64,000 bases of DNA from Mycobacteriales bacterium (GTDB lineage: Bacteria > Actinomycetota > Actinomycetes > Mycobacteriales > CADCTP01): assembly GCA_036519715.1 (NCBI GenBank), contig DATDKW010000340.1, forward strand, positions 30,073-94,072. Direction: 5' to 3'. A program made the position numbers and the translations under genes. The notes under the pieces are model-generated. The model did no database searches. It saw only the letters and a list, made by a program, of their open reading frames with translations, and was not told the origin of the DNA. Below, in pieces: positions 41,668 through 51,400 of this stretch (its first letter is position 1; each line of letters begins with the position of its first letter).

Positions 41668-43755
41668 CTAGGCGGGCTGACGTTCGTACGGGCCCCACGT
41701 GGTGCTGCGCTTGCGCAGGTAGATGGCCCCGTTGGTGCCGGCGACCCAGATCTCGGTGCGCCCGGCGCCCTCGACCACGTCGGCCCAGGGACCGTCGGCC
41801 AGGCCTCCGCCGAGGTTCTGCCAGGCGCCCCAGACCCGGTTCACGGCGCGGCGGGTGTGCATCGCCTGCGTGCCGTCGGCCGTCCGCAGGTAGACGTCGA
41901 TCACCCCGGGCGCGGGCGCGGCGACCGCGACGTCGGACGCGGTGGCGCCGCCGATCGGCGCGAACGCCGACCCCCACGCTCCGTTGGTCATCGACTTGAC
42001 GTAGATCTGGCCACGACCGCCGACCACCGCCACCACCAGGCTGCCGGGTCCGGTGGCCGCCACCGACGGACCGGCCGGGTCGAGCAGGCCACCCAGGTCG
42101 TGCCAGCCGGTGAACGCGCCCGCCGCGGTCCAGCTCGCGTACTGCAGCCGGGCGTCCGACCCCCGGGCCACCACGTAGCGGCTGCCGTCCGGCAGCACCG
42201 CGGGCGACGGCCGGCTGCTGATCGACCCGCCGTACGAGGTCCAGCCCTGCCAGCTGCCTGCCTTCCACACGCCGCCCACCAGCTGGTTGCGGCCGTCGCG
42301 GGCCCACACCGCCAGGCTGCCGTCGGCGTCGCGCTCGACCGTCGGGGCACCGACGATCTGGCCGCCGTGCGACTGCCAGCCCTGCCAGCCGGCGCCGGGC
42401 AGGTACCGCCGGTGCCGGAGGTCGCCGGCCGGTCCGCGGGCGAACAGGTCGATGCTGCCGTCGGGATTGCGCACCGCCGTCGGCGTGACCGTCACGCGCA
42501 GGCCCGACGTGACCGTGGCGTAGGTGGTCAACATGCCGGCGCAGGACCGCAGCGACGAGCCGGTCACGTCCAGGCTCACCGTGGCGCCGGCGGCGGTGCG
42601 GCCGGTCAGCCGGACGCCGAGCAGCCGGCCGCCCCAGTCGCCGTGCCCGTCCCGGCTCATCACGCTGATCCGCTGCACGGTGCCCGCCGCCGGGTAGCAC
42701 TCGGCCAGCCGCGCCACGGTCAACGACTTCGTCCATGTCCCGTACGGGTTGCTGGTCAGGTCGTACGGGTCCGCCTTGGCCGGCAGGTAGCCGAACCGGG
42801 TGTCGGCCACCGTCCAGCCGCCGTTGCTGGCGCTGAACTGGGCGAAGATCGGCGCCCCGCCGGACGTGCGGACCTGCCGGGCGGTCTGCGCCACGGCCTG
42901 CAGCACGGTCACCGGCTGCAGGTCGGTCACGGTCCCGCCGGAGTACAGCCGCCGGCCGCCGTAGACCTGGCACTGCGTGGTGTCGCAGAGGTCCCAGGCC
43001 GACGCCGCATGGGCCGCCCGCTCGAACGCCGCGTACGTCCGGGCCGCGACCGCCTGCGCCCGCAACGCGGCCGCCGGCCAGCTCGACGGCATCTCCCGCC
43101 CGAGCACCCCGGCCAGGTACGCGTCGATCCCGACGGTGTTGACCGTGTAGAGCGTCGAGTCGCCGGACCGGACTCCGGCGATCGTGCCCTCGTAGCCGCG
43201 GGAGGTGCCGTCCGGCAGGTAGAGCCGCAGCTCCGGCACGCCCTGGAAGACCAGCGGCCCGACCCCGGAGGCGAGCGCGGCCGAGCTCCAGGTGGCGCCG
43301 CCGTCGGTCGAGGACTGCACCCGCAGGGCGGTCGGGTCGGCGACGATCCGGTAGCGGGCGGCCGGGTCGGGCAGCGCGGTGACCTGGCCGCTGGCCGCAT
43401 CCCGGACGGCGAGCCCGGCGGCGCCCTGCACCGGCACCGCCGACGCCGCCGCGGCCATCAGCCGGACCCGGATCGCCGAGCCGGCCGGGTCGGCGACCGT
43501 GGTGGTGCCCGGGTAGTAGAAGTCCAGGATCTGGGCGCCGGTACGGCCCAGGGCAGCCGCGTTGCGCGCGCCGTACTGGGACAGGCCGATGCCGTGCCCG
43601 TTGCCGTGTCCGGTCAGCGTGAAGGTGCCGTCCGCCGGCGCCGGGTAGTCCTCCACCGCGCCGGCGCGCGAGCTGGGGCCCAACACGGTGACCGCGACGG
43701 CGGCGGCGCCGGCGGCGAGTGACGCGGAGACCAGGAGCGCGAGCGACCGGCGCAC
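41668..43755 (-). CDS. SpoIID/LytB-domain protein fused to a C-terminal roughly 5-bladed Trp-rich propeller repeat
   Basis: GTG start. Signal peptide present. SpoIID blocks: GHGNGHGIGLSQYGA, YLAGVLGREMPSSWPAAALRAQAVAARTYA, CDTTQCQVYGG. C-terminal repeats of about 47 aa, each beginning W(Q/G)GW..(L/H)GG, lie at 41668..42390. Confidence 0.85.
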   Translation of the reverse strand: MRRSLALLVSASLAAGAAAVAVTVLGPSSRAGAVEDYPAPADGTFTLTGHGNGHGIGLSQYGARNAAALGRTGAQILDFYYPGTTTVADPAGSAIRVRLMAAAASAVPVQGAAGLAVRDAASGQVTALPDPAARYRIVADPTALRVQSSTDGGATWSSAALASGVGPLVFQGVPELRLYLPDGTSRGYEGTIAGVRSGDSTLYTVNTVGIDAYLAGVLGREMPSSWPAAALRAQAVAARTYAAFERAAHAASAWDLCDTTQCQVYGGRRLYSGGTVTDLQPVTVLQAVAQTARQVRTSGGAPIFAQFSASNGGWTVADTRFGYLPAKADPYDLTSNPYGTWTKSLTVARLAECYPAAGTVQRISVMSRDGHGDWGGRLLGVRLTGRTAAGATVSLDVTGSSLRSCAGMLTTYATVTSGLRVTVTPTAVRNPDGSIDLFARGPAGDLRHRRYLPGAGWQGWQSHGGQIVGAPTVERDADGSLAVWARDGRNQLVGGVWKAGSWQGWTSYGGSISSRPSPAVLPDGSRYVVARGSDARLQYASWTAAGAFTGWHDLGGLLDPAGPSVAATGPGSLVVAVVGGRGQIYVKSMTNGAWGSAFAPIGGATASDVAVAAPAPGVIDVYLRTADGTQAMHTRRAVNRVWGAWQNLGGGLADGPWADVVEGAGRTEIWVAGTNGAIYLRKRSTTWGPYERQPA

Positions 43756-43963
43756 GGAGATCCTCTCGGGAGGTGGTGCGGCGAGACCGGCCGAGAGACG
43801 CTCCGGTCGGGCCCAGATGATGCCCTACCCGATCACCTCGTCGCAGCCGGCCGCCCACCTCACTCACGGCGGGCGGTGATCCTGCGACGATCTGTGACGT
43901 GCCCCAAGCGGATTCCAACCCGTGCTACCGCCCTGAAGAAGTCGCGCGGATCGTTCGGGTCTC

Positions 43964-45163
43964 CTAGGCGAGGTCGACCGGGGTTCCGCGGACGAGTACT
44001 TCTCGCGGGGCGGCCAGGGGCGCGAGGTCCTGGGCGAGGTCGCCGTCGACGACCAGCAGGTCGGCGGCGTATCCGGCCGCCAGCCGGCCGGTGTCACCCG
44101 CGAGCCCGCACGCGTCGGCGGCCACCGATGTCGCGGCCGCGAGAGCCTCGGCAACGGGGTAGCCAGCCTCGACCAGCTCGCCGACCGTGCGCCAGGCGTT
44201 GCCGTGCCGCTTGGTCGGGCCAATTCCGGAGTCCACGCCGGTGACCACGCCGACCCCGTGCCGGCGCAGCCGGCTGAGCACGCCTATCCGGGACACGTAG
44301 AACGCGTCGAAGCTAGCGACTCCTAGCCGCGCCATGAGTTCCGCGAGCGGCGGCGGCGGTGCGGGCATCAGTGCGTGCAGGGTGCGGTCGTTGCCCATGG
44401 TGAGGTCGACGTACATGCCCCGACGGGCCACCTCGTCCAGCAGGTCGTCGTCGATCCGCGGACCGTCGGCGGTGAGACCGGTGAAGTGCTCGATCCCGTC
44501 GACGCCGGCCGCCAGAGCGTTCTGCATGCCGACGAGTGAATGGGCGTGCGCCACGACGGGGAGGCCGGCGCCGTGCGCCTCGTCGACCAGCGCCGTGAGT
44601 TCGGCGCTGGTGAACTGGGCGCCCAGCTGGTCGGTGCCGGGTGTCGCGAACCCGCCCGAGGCCATCACCTTGACGACGTCGACGCCGCGCTCGGCGCGCT
44701 CGGCGACCGCCGCGCGCAGGTCGCCGTCCACCGCTCCGCCGAGGAAGTGGCAGTGCCCGCCGGCGGTCGTGAGCGGCGGCCCCGACGCGACGACCCGGGG
44801 CAGGCCGGGGCGGTCCCGGAAGGCGAGGGTGAGGTAGTCGCGGTCGCCGAGGTCCCGGACGGTCGTCACCCCGGCCGCCGCGTGAGCACGCAGCGAGGCC
44901 GTGATGACCCGCTCGATCGCCTCGTCGGGCATCGCTCCGGCGCGCTCCAGCCCTCCGAACGTGGCGTCCGCCACCAGGTGGCTGTGGCAGTCGATCAGCC
45001 CGGGCAGCACGGTGCCGGCGTACTCGGTCACCCCGACGCGGTCGGGCAGGTCGAGGTGACCGCTCTCGACGCCGACGATCCGGCCTCCGTCGAGGAGCAC
45101 GGTGGCACCGCCGGGCAGGAACCGAGTGCCGTCGAAGGCGTGCGCGCCGCGGATCGCGTGCAT
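43964..45163 (-). CDS. Metal-dependent amidohydrolase-family protein
   Basis: VLPGLIDCHSHL (HxH metal site), a later HAHS, and an aspartate in TGVDSG. The ATG at 45163 is preferred over 45214. Confidence 0.8.
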   Translation of the reverse strand: MHAIRGAHAFDGTRFLPGGATVLLDGGRIVGVESGHLDLPDRVGVTEYAGTVLPGLIDCHSHLVADATFGGLERAGAMPDEAIERVITASLRAHAAAGVTTVRDLGDRDYLTLAFRDRPGLPRVVASGPPLTTAGGHCHFLGGAVDGDLRAAVAERAERGVDVVKVMASGGFATPGTDQLGAQFTSAELTALVDEAHGAGLPVVAHAHSLVGMQNALAAGVDGIEHFTGLTADGPRIDDDLLDEVARRGMYVDLTMGNDRTLHALMPAPPPPLAELMARLGVASFDAFYVSRIGVLSRLRRHGVGVVTGVDSGIGPTKRHGNAWRTVGELVEAGYPVAEALAAATSVAADACGLAGDTGRLAAGYAADLLVVDGDLAQDLAPLAAPREVLVRGTPVDLA

Positions 45164-45372
45164 GCGGCCACGATCCCGCCGCCGACCTCGTGCAGCATCA
45201 CCCGGACGGACCATCGTCCGTCACATCCTCGGAATCTCCGCACCAGCGGCAACCGCTCATCACAGCCTGCGCAGTTGCCGGTGACCGCGCTCGCCGAGGC
45301 GGTCGGTCAGCTACGCGCAGCTCACCCGGCACGGTCAGGTTCTGCCACCCGCGATGGCCTGTGGTGGCGCGG

Positions 45373-46251
45373 TCAGGCGGACCACCTCGGGACGGCGTCG
45401 AGCTGGCCGCCGGCGACGGGGCGGACCGGGCCGCCCACCCACAGGTGTCCCTGGTAGTCGCTGGTGACCGTGATCGTGCTGGACCGGCCGAGGAACCTGC
45501 CCTGCCGGAGGTGCAGCGGCTCGTCCCGGCCGAGGAGGGCGCGCTCGTGCAGGTAGGCGGCGGCGGGTCCGGCGGCGCTGCCGGTGGCGACGTCCTCCAC
45601 GGCACCGGCGTTGTCCCACGTCCGCCCTTCGCGGCGCTGCGTGTCCAGGACGTAGACGAACTTCGCACCGACGTCGGCGAGCTGCTGATCGAAGGTCGGG
45701 GCGATGATGCGGGCCCGACGCAGCCCATCCGCGGTCACCGGCACGATCAGGTAGGGCAGCCCGGTCGAGACGACCTGCAGCGGCAGCGGCGCGAGGTGTT
45801 CGGGCGCGAGGTTGAGCGCGCCGGCGAACTGGTGGCGCAGGTGGTCGACCGTGGCGGCGAACACGGGGCGGCCCTGATCCATGATCGCCGAGAAGTATTC
45901 GGTATCCCGTCGGCTCACCACCGGGACCGACCGGCCGGCGATGACGAAGGTCCACTCGATGCTGTCGCTGTCGGGGGCGAGGCGCTCGTGCAGGGCGCTC
46001 GCGGCGCCGATGACAGGATGCCCGGCGAAGGGCAGTTCCTCCTCGACAGTGAAGATACGCGCAGCGACGGCGCGCGAGTCGCCGTCGGTTCCTACGAAGA
46101 TGGTCTCGAACTGCCTCATCTCCTCCGCCACAGTTCGCAGCTGGCCGACCGTGTAGTCGAGCGTCCGGCAGAACATGACAATGAGCCCGTTGCCCCGGTA
46201 CGGCTCGTCGGCGAAGACGTCGACGTGCCGGAACGGGACCCGCTCGTCCAC
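45373..46251 (-). CDS. PhzF-family (phenazine biosynthesis-like) isomerase
   Basis: FRHVDVFADEPYRGNGLIV, EMRQFETIFV, PFAGHPVIGAASAL, EDVATGSAAGPAAAYL. The GTG at 46251 lies 7 nt after GGAGGAGG. Confidence 0.85.
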   Translation of the reverse strand: MDERVPFRHVDVFADEPYRGNGLIVMFCRTLDYTVGQLRTVAEEMRQFETIFVGTDGDSRAVAARIFTVEEELPFAGHPVIGAASALHERLAPDSDSIEWTFVIAGRSVPVVSRRDTEYFSAIMDQGRPVFAATVDHLRHQFAGALNLAPEHLAPLPLQVVSTGLPYLIVPVTADGLRRARIIAPTFDQQLADVGAKFVYVLDTQRREGRTWDNAGAVEDVATGSAAGPAAAYLHERALLGRDEPLHLRQGRFLGRSSTITVTSDYQGHLWVGGPVRPVAGGQLDAVPRWSA

Positions 46252-46835
46252 CGGTGAGCCTCCTCCAGCCACGTCAGCCGCCGACGCCGTTGGTCAGGTT
46301 CTCCACCCATCGGCGATTCAGGTCCTGCATTGTGGCGCCGCGGCTGGCCGACCGCACCGGGCCGCGCCGTCCAGGCATGCTGGGCCTGTCTCCAGCCGGG
46401 CTCCGACTGCTCGAGCGACCCGACCGGCCCTGGCTCGTCCCGTGACCCGCTCCACGACCTCGCTGGCTGCCTAGGAGCCGGGCCCTCCTCGCCATGGCTG
46501 CCCTCGTGGCCTGGGGCCGCTTCGGCCCCCAGTCCTTCACCGCCTGAGGCGGCGCGGCGCCTTGTTGCACGTGGCCGGAGTGTCGCCAGTGAACGCAGCA
46601 ACGGCGGCGAAACGGAGGTCGCCTGCTACCGCCGTCGCACCTCACCTCGTCGTGCTCTGGGATGAGCCCGGACCGTTCTGCCGGCCGACGCCGGTGTGCC
46701 GGCGCCGGAGGGAGGGTCGTGTCATGCGGAAGATCCTCCATGATCCTGATCGTCGATGGCGGCTACGCCGGAGCGGATCGAAACGACCATCACCTACCAG
46801 CCGTTCGTGACGGAGACGAGAGGGGGAATCCACCG

Positions 46836-48326
46836 GTGCGGCCGAGGACCCGATTCGCGGTGCTGGCGGGCTGTGTTGCGTGGCTCGTACTGGGCGCGGT
46901 GTCGCCGGTGCGTGCGGCAGGCGCGGCGGAGGTGGAAGCGGCGGCGGTCGACGTGGCGGCGGTGGACGTGGCGGCGGTGGACCGGGCGGCGGCGGAGGCG
47001 TTCGCGGCGACCCGGCTGCCCGGGATGGCGCTCGTGGTGACGCGCGGGTCCCAGGTGGTCCTGGTCAAGGGGTACGGGACGGCCGGCGCCGGTAGGCCGG
47101 TCACCGCCACCACCCAGTTCCGGATCGCGTCGCTGAGCAAGAGCTTCACCGCGACCGCGGTGCTGCAGCTGGCCGAGGCCGGCCGGATCGACCTGGACGC
47201 CCCCGTCCGGCGCTACCTCCCGGAGTTCACCCTGGCCGACGGCGACGCCGAGAAGATCACCGTGCGGCAGCTGCTCAACCAGACCAGCGGTCTGGCCGAC
47301 GCCGGCATCGCCGACGACGGCTGGACGACCACCACCCTGGCGGACCGGATCGCGGGCCTGCGGACGTCCCGGACGGTCTCGACACCGGGCACGCGGTTCC
47401 ACTACGTCGACGCCAACTACCAGATCCTCGCGCGGATGGTCGAGGTCGTGGTCGGCGTCCCGTTCGCCGAGCACCTCCGGCGGGGGGTGCTCGACCCGCT
47501 CGGCATGACCCGCACGGTGACCACGGCAACGGCCCAGCAGGCGCCGGACGCCGCTCCCGACCTCGCCCGGGGGCACATCCTCCTGTTCGGCGTCCCGGTG
47601 GCGAAGCAGGAGCTCCACGGCTTCGTCGGCGGCTCCGGCGGCGTGGTCTCCACCGCCGGGGACATGGCCCACTGGCTGATCGCCCAGTCCGGCGCCGGGC
47701 CCCGGATCGTCGGCGCGGCGTCGCTGAGGACCATGCAGACGCCGCCGGCCGGGATCGACACCACGTACGCGATGGGCTGGACCCGATCGGACCCGGCGAC
47801 CGGACCGCCGCGGTTGCAGCACTTCGGGGTGCTCGCCACGTTCAGCGCGGACCAGGTGCTGCTGCCCGCCACCGGGTACGGGCTCGCGCTGCTCTACAAC
47901 GGCAATTCCGCCCTGGCCGACACCGCCGGAGTGGAGAACGCGGTCGCCGCCGCGCTCACCGGTGAGGACCCCGGCGGCACCTTCCCGCGCACGCTGGTCG
48001 TCGCCGTGCTGTCCGGCGTGCTCACGGTCGGCACCGTCGTGCTGCGCGGCCGGGCGGCGCTGCGGCTGCGCGGGTGGGTGGAGCGGCGGTCCGGCACGTC
48101 CTGGTGGCGGCTCGCGCCGAACCTGGTCTGGCTGGTGCTGCCGGCCGGCGTGCTCGCCGCGACGCCGGCGCTGGTGCTGAGGTTCGTCGGCCGCCGGTTC
48201 ACCTGGCCGCAGCTGCTGCTGGCGATGCCGGACGCCCTGGTGTGGCTCGGCGTCGGCGCGGTCACCGGCCTCGCGCTGGCCGGCGCCCGGGTCGCGGCGC
48301 TGGTCCGGGCCCGTCGCACGGGCTGA
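46836..48326 (+). CDS. Serine hydrolase (class C beta-lactamase / PBP-like) with C-terminal transmembrane helices
   Basis: The GTG start follows GAGAGGGGGAA. Signal peptide present. SxxK motif: FRIASLSKSFTATAVLQL. YxN is present (YVDANY). Hydrophobic C-terminal segments are present. Confidence 0.8.
   Translation: MRPRTRFAVLAGCVAWLVLGAVSPVRAAGAAEVEAAAVDVAAVDVAAVDRAAAEAFAATRLPGMALVVTRGSQVVLVKGYGTAGAGRPVTATTQFRIASLSKSFTATAVLQLAEAGRIDLDAPVRRYLPEFTLADGDAEKITVRQLLNQTSGLADAGIADDGWTTTTLADRIAGLRTSRTVSTPGTRFHYVDANYQILARMVEVVVGVPFAEHLRRGVLDPLGMTRTVTTATAQQAPDAAPDLARGHILLFGVPVAKQELHGFVGGSGGVVSTAGDMAHWLIAQSGAGPRIVGAASLRTMQTPPAGIDTTYAMGWTRSDPATGPPRLQHFGVLATFSADQVLLPATGYGLALLYNGNSALADTAGVENAVAAALTGEDPGGTFPRTLVVAVLSGVLTVGTVVLRGRAALRLRGWVERRSGTSWWRLAPNLVWLVLPAGVLAATPALVLRFVGRRFTWPQLLLAMPDALVWLGVGAVTGLALAGARVAALVRARRTG
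46941..46985 (+). repeat. In-frame 15-bp tandem repeat x3 just after the signal peptide of the serine hydrolase
   Basis: GCGGCGGTCGACGTG / GCGGCGGTGGACGTG / GCGGCGGTGGACCGG, encoding AAVDV-AAVDV-AAVDR. Confidence 0.85.
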
Positions 48327-48452
48327 CCGGCGGCAGCCCGAGCCGCTCCCGCCGGCCCCGGAGGCGAAAGAGCGGTCGGCAGATGCCGAGGTCGGCGCCG
48401 CAACCGGATCCGCACCGCGCTGACCGGCCCGGGCCCAGCCCGGGGCCGGAGG

Positions 48453-51400
48453 TCAGGCGGGGACGGTGCTGGGACGGCTCAGTGGGAGCTCGGCCTCCAC
48501 GGTGGTGCCGGCGTCGGGGGCGGTGCGCACCGAGAACCGGCCGCCGAGTGCCTCGACCCGGTCCTGGAGCCCGAGCAGGCCCGATCCGCCGGCGGGGTCG
48601 GCGCCGCCGCGGCCGTCATCGCTCACCCGGATCCGCAGCACGGAGTCGTCCACGTCGACGTCGACGGCGACGGTGACGGTGACGGCGGTGGCGTCGGCAT
48701 GTTTGGCCGTGTTCGTCAGCGCCTCCGCGACCGCGAAGTAGGTGGCGACCTCGACCGGCTCCGGCAGCCGCCCGTCGACCCGCAGCCGCAGGTCGACCGG
48801 GACGGTGGAGCGCCGGGCCAGCGCCCCGAGCGCCGGGCGCAGCCCTCCCTCGGTCAGCGCGGCGGGGTGGATGCCGCGGGCGATCTCGCGCAGCTCGACC
48901 AACGCCCTGTTCGCCTCGGCGACCACGGCGTCCAGCCGCGCCGCCAGCTCGCCGGATCCCGGTACGGCCTCCTGGGCCAAGCGGGCCTGTAGCGCGAGGT
49001 TGGCCAGCCGCTGCTGGGCGCCGTCGTGCAAGTCCCGTTCGATGCGCCGGCGGGTCTGGTCGGCCGCGGCGACGATGCGGGCCCGCGACGCGGTCAGTTC
49101 CGCGTACAGCTGGGCGTTGTCGAGGGAGACCGTCAGCTGGGCGGCGATGAGCTTGACCGCGTCGAGCCGCTCGGCGGTGAACGCGCCGCGGATCAGGCGG
49201 TTCTCCAGCACCAGCACCGCCCGCAGGCCGCCGCGGCCCAGGATCGGCAGGGCCAGCAGGGAACAGCCGGCGACACCGGTGAAGTAGCGGTCGCGGGCGA
49301 ACCGGTCGTCGCGGGTCGCGTCGTCCACGACCAGCGGTTCCCGCACCCGCTGGACGTACCGCAGCACGGACGTCGGCGCGTCGAGCTTCCGGTCCGGCCG
49401 GGCGACCGGACCGCCCGGGGTGGGCAGCCAGTCCTGGTGGTCGTCGCTCCACAGCAGCAGGTGCACGCCGGTGGCACCGGTCATCGCGCTGAGCACCTCG
49501 ACGACGCGCGCGTGCAGGCGCTCGATGCTGGTCTCGGAACTCAGCGCCTGGGACGCGGACAGGATGCCCAGCAGGTCCAGCGTCCCCGTGGTGACCGGCG
49601 GACGGCCGGCAGCATCGGCGGAGCGGTTCCCGGGACCGGCCGCCGTGCCGCCCGGTCGCAGGGTGGGGTAGGCCCAGTCCAGCTGGGCGACCTTGGCGTC
49701 GGCGCCCCAGACGGCGTAGGCCTCCCTGGCCTGCGCGAGCAGGTCGAGACCGGCGTGGTCGGCGCCGTGGGCCAGGTGGAACCGCGCGGCCCGTTCGGTG
49801 ATCAGCGCCCGGTGCCACGGCCGCCGGCGGCCGGTGACCTCGCGCAGTGCGGCGTCGAAGGCCAGCACGGCGGCGCGGAAGTCGCCGACCGCCCAGCCCC
49901 GCTCGGCCTCGAGCCACCGCAGCAGGTGCCCGAAGTTGTCCGGTGCGTCCGCGGCCCGCGCGGCGAGCCAGCGCGTCATCTCGTCCAGCTCGGACAGCAG
50001 CTCGCCGCGCTCGGCGGCGGGTGCGGCCCGGGCCCGCTCGGCGAGGGCGAGCCCGTTCAGCAAACGGGCGATCGCGGTCGGATAGAGCCCTTTGGCGGCC
50101 CCGAGCAGATGCATGGCTGCCGCCGCATGCTGCGCCAGACCCGCCTGGTCGTCGAACACGGCCATGGCGATGGCGCGGGCGATGTGCCCGTAGAGCAGCG
50201 CCGCCGGGTTGCCGGCGTACCGGTCGACCGGGATCGGGTCACCGGCGGCCGCCGGACCGCCGCTGCCGTCGCCGCGCAGCACCTCGGCCAGCCACCGATG
50301 GCTGTCGAGCCACTGGCCGGTCTGCTCGTTGCCGGTACGGCGCACGAACGCCAGGCTGGCGTCCACCTCGGCCACGTAGCCGTCCAGCGTCGGGGCGCAC
50401 TCCAGCAGGCCGGCCACCGCCGGCTGGCAGGCGTATCCGGCCCAGGCCAGGTCCCCGCCGGCGATCAGGCCCTGCCGGGCCTCCCGAGCGGCCCGGACGG
50501 CGTTCTCGATCGGCTCGAACCAGCAGCACGCGACGCTGGCGAACGCCGAGCGCACCAGCGAGGTCTCCGGCTCGTAGGCGCGGGCCTCGCCCACGGCGAT
50601 GACCCGCCGCAGGGCCCGGTATCCCCCGGCGTAGTTCTCGCCGTGCTGGGCGGTGGCGGCGTTGGCCGCGACGCCGGTCAGGCCGATCAGGATCTGACTC
50701 GGGCCGTGCTCGAGCCAGATCCGCGGTCCCTCCAGGGTCAGCCACAGGAACAGGGGAAAGTCGGGGACGAAGTAAGCCACCGGAACGAGGGCCGCGATCA
50801 GCCGGGCGGTGGCGAGCAGCGTCGGGTCGGTGATCTCCGGACGGGCCAGCTCGTCGTCGGTGTCGGTGTGGTCCAGCCACCGGTACAGGTGGCTGATCTG
50901 GTGCTCGATCTCGGCCGGGGAACGCTCCGCCGGAACGGCGATGCCCAGCTCTCTTAGCAGGTCGACGCCCAGCGTGACGGCGTCCGCGAACCGGTTCCGG
51001 TTGGTCAGGCTGCGAACCTGGATCGCGGTCGCGTCCGCGCGCTGCGCGGCGGTGGGACCCAGCTCCATGACGGCCCGGTAATCCTCGTCCGCCTCCTCCA
51101 GGCGGCCCAGGCTGTACAGGGCGCTCTGCCGTTCGAGGTGGATCTCGACCAGCGCGGCCGTCCGGTGCCGGTCGACGAGGCGCAGTGCCGCGCCCAGCAG
51201 CGTGCTGACCAACGCGTGATCGGTGACCGCCCGGGCGTGGGCGGCCGCGCCGCGCAACAGTTCTTCCGCCCGCTGCCGTTCGGCCGGGTCGTCGATCGCG
51301 TCGGCCACGGCCAGGTACTGCTCGGCGGCGACCGCGGAGAGCGCAGGCTCCCCGGCCAGCCGCCGGGCCATGGCCAGCTGCAACTGCCGTCGCCGGGAGG

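Noticed and set aside
46274-46741. The 155-aa minus-strand ORF, and several 60-110-aa ORFs, in the PhzF/serine hydrolase spacer
   Set aside because: Their Arg/Gly/Pro-rich composition is typical of wrong-frame GC-rich sequence, and there is no ribosome-binding site or motif.
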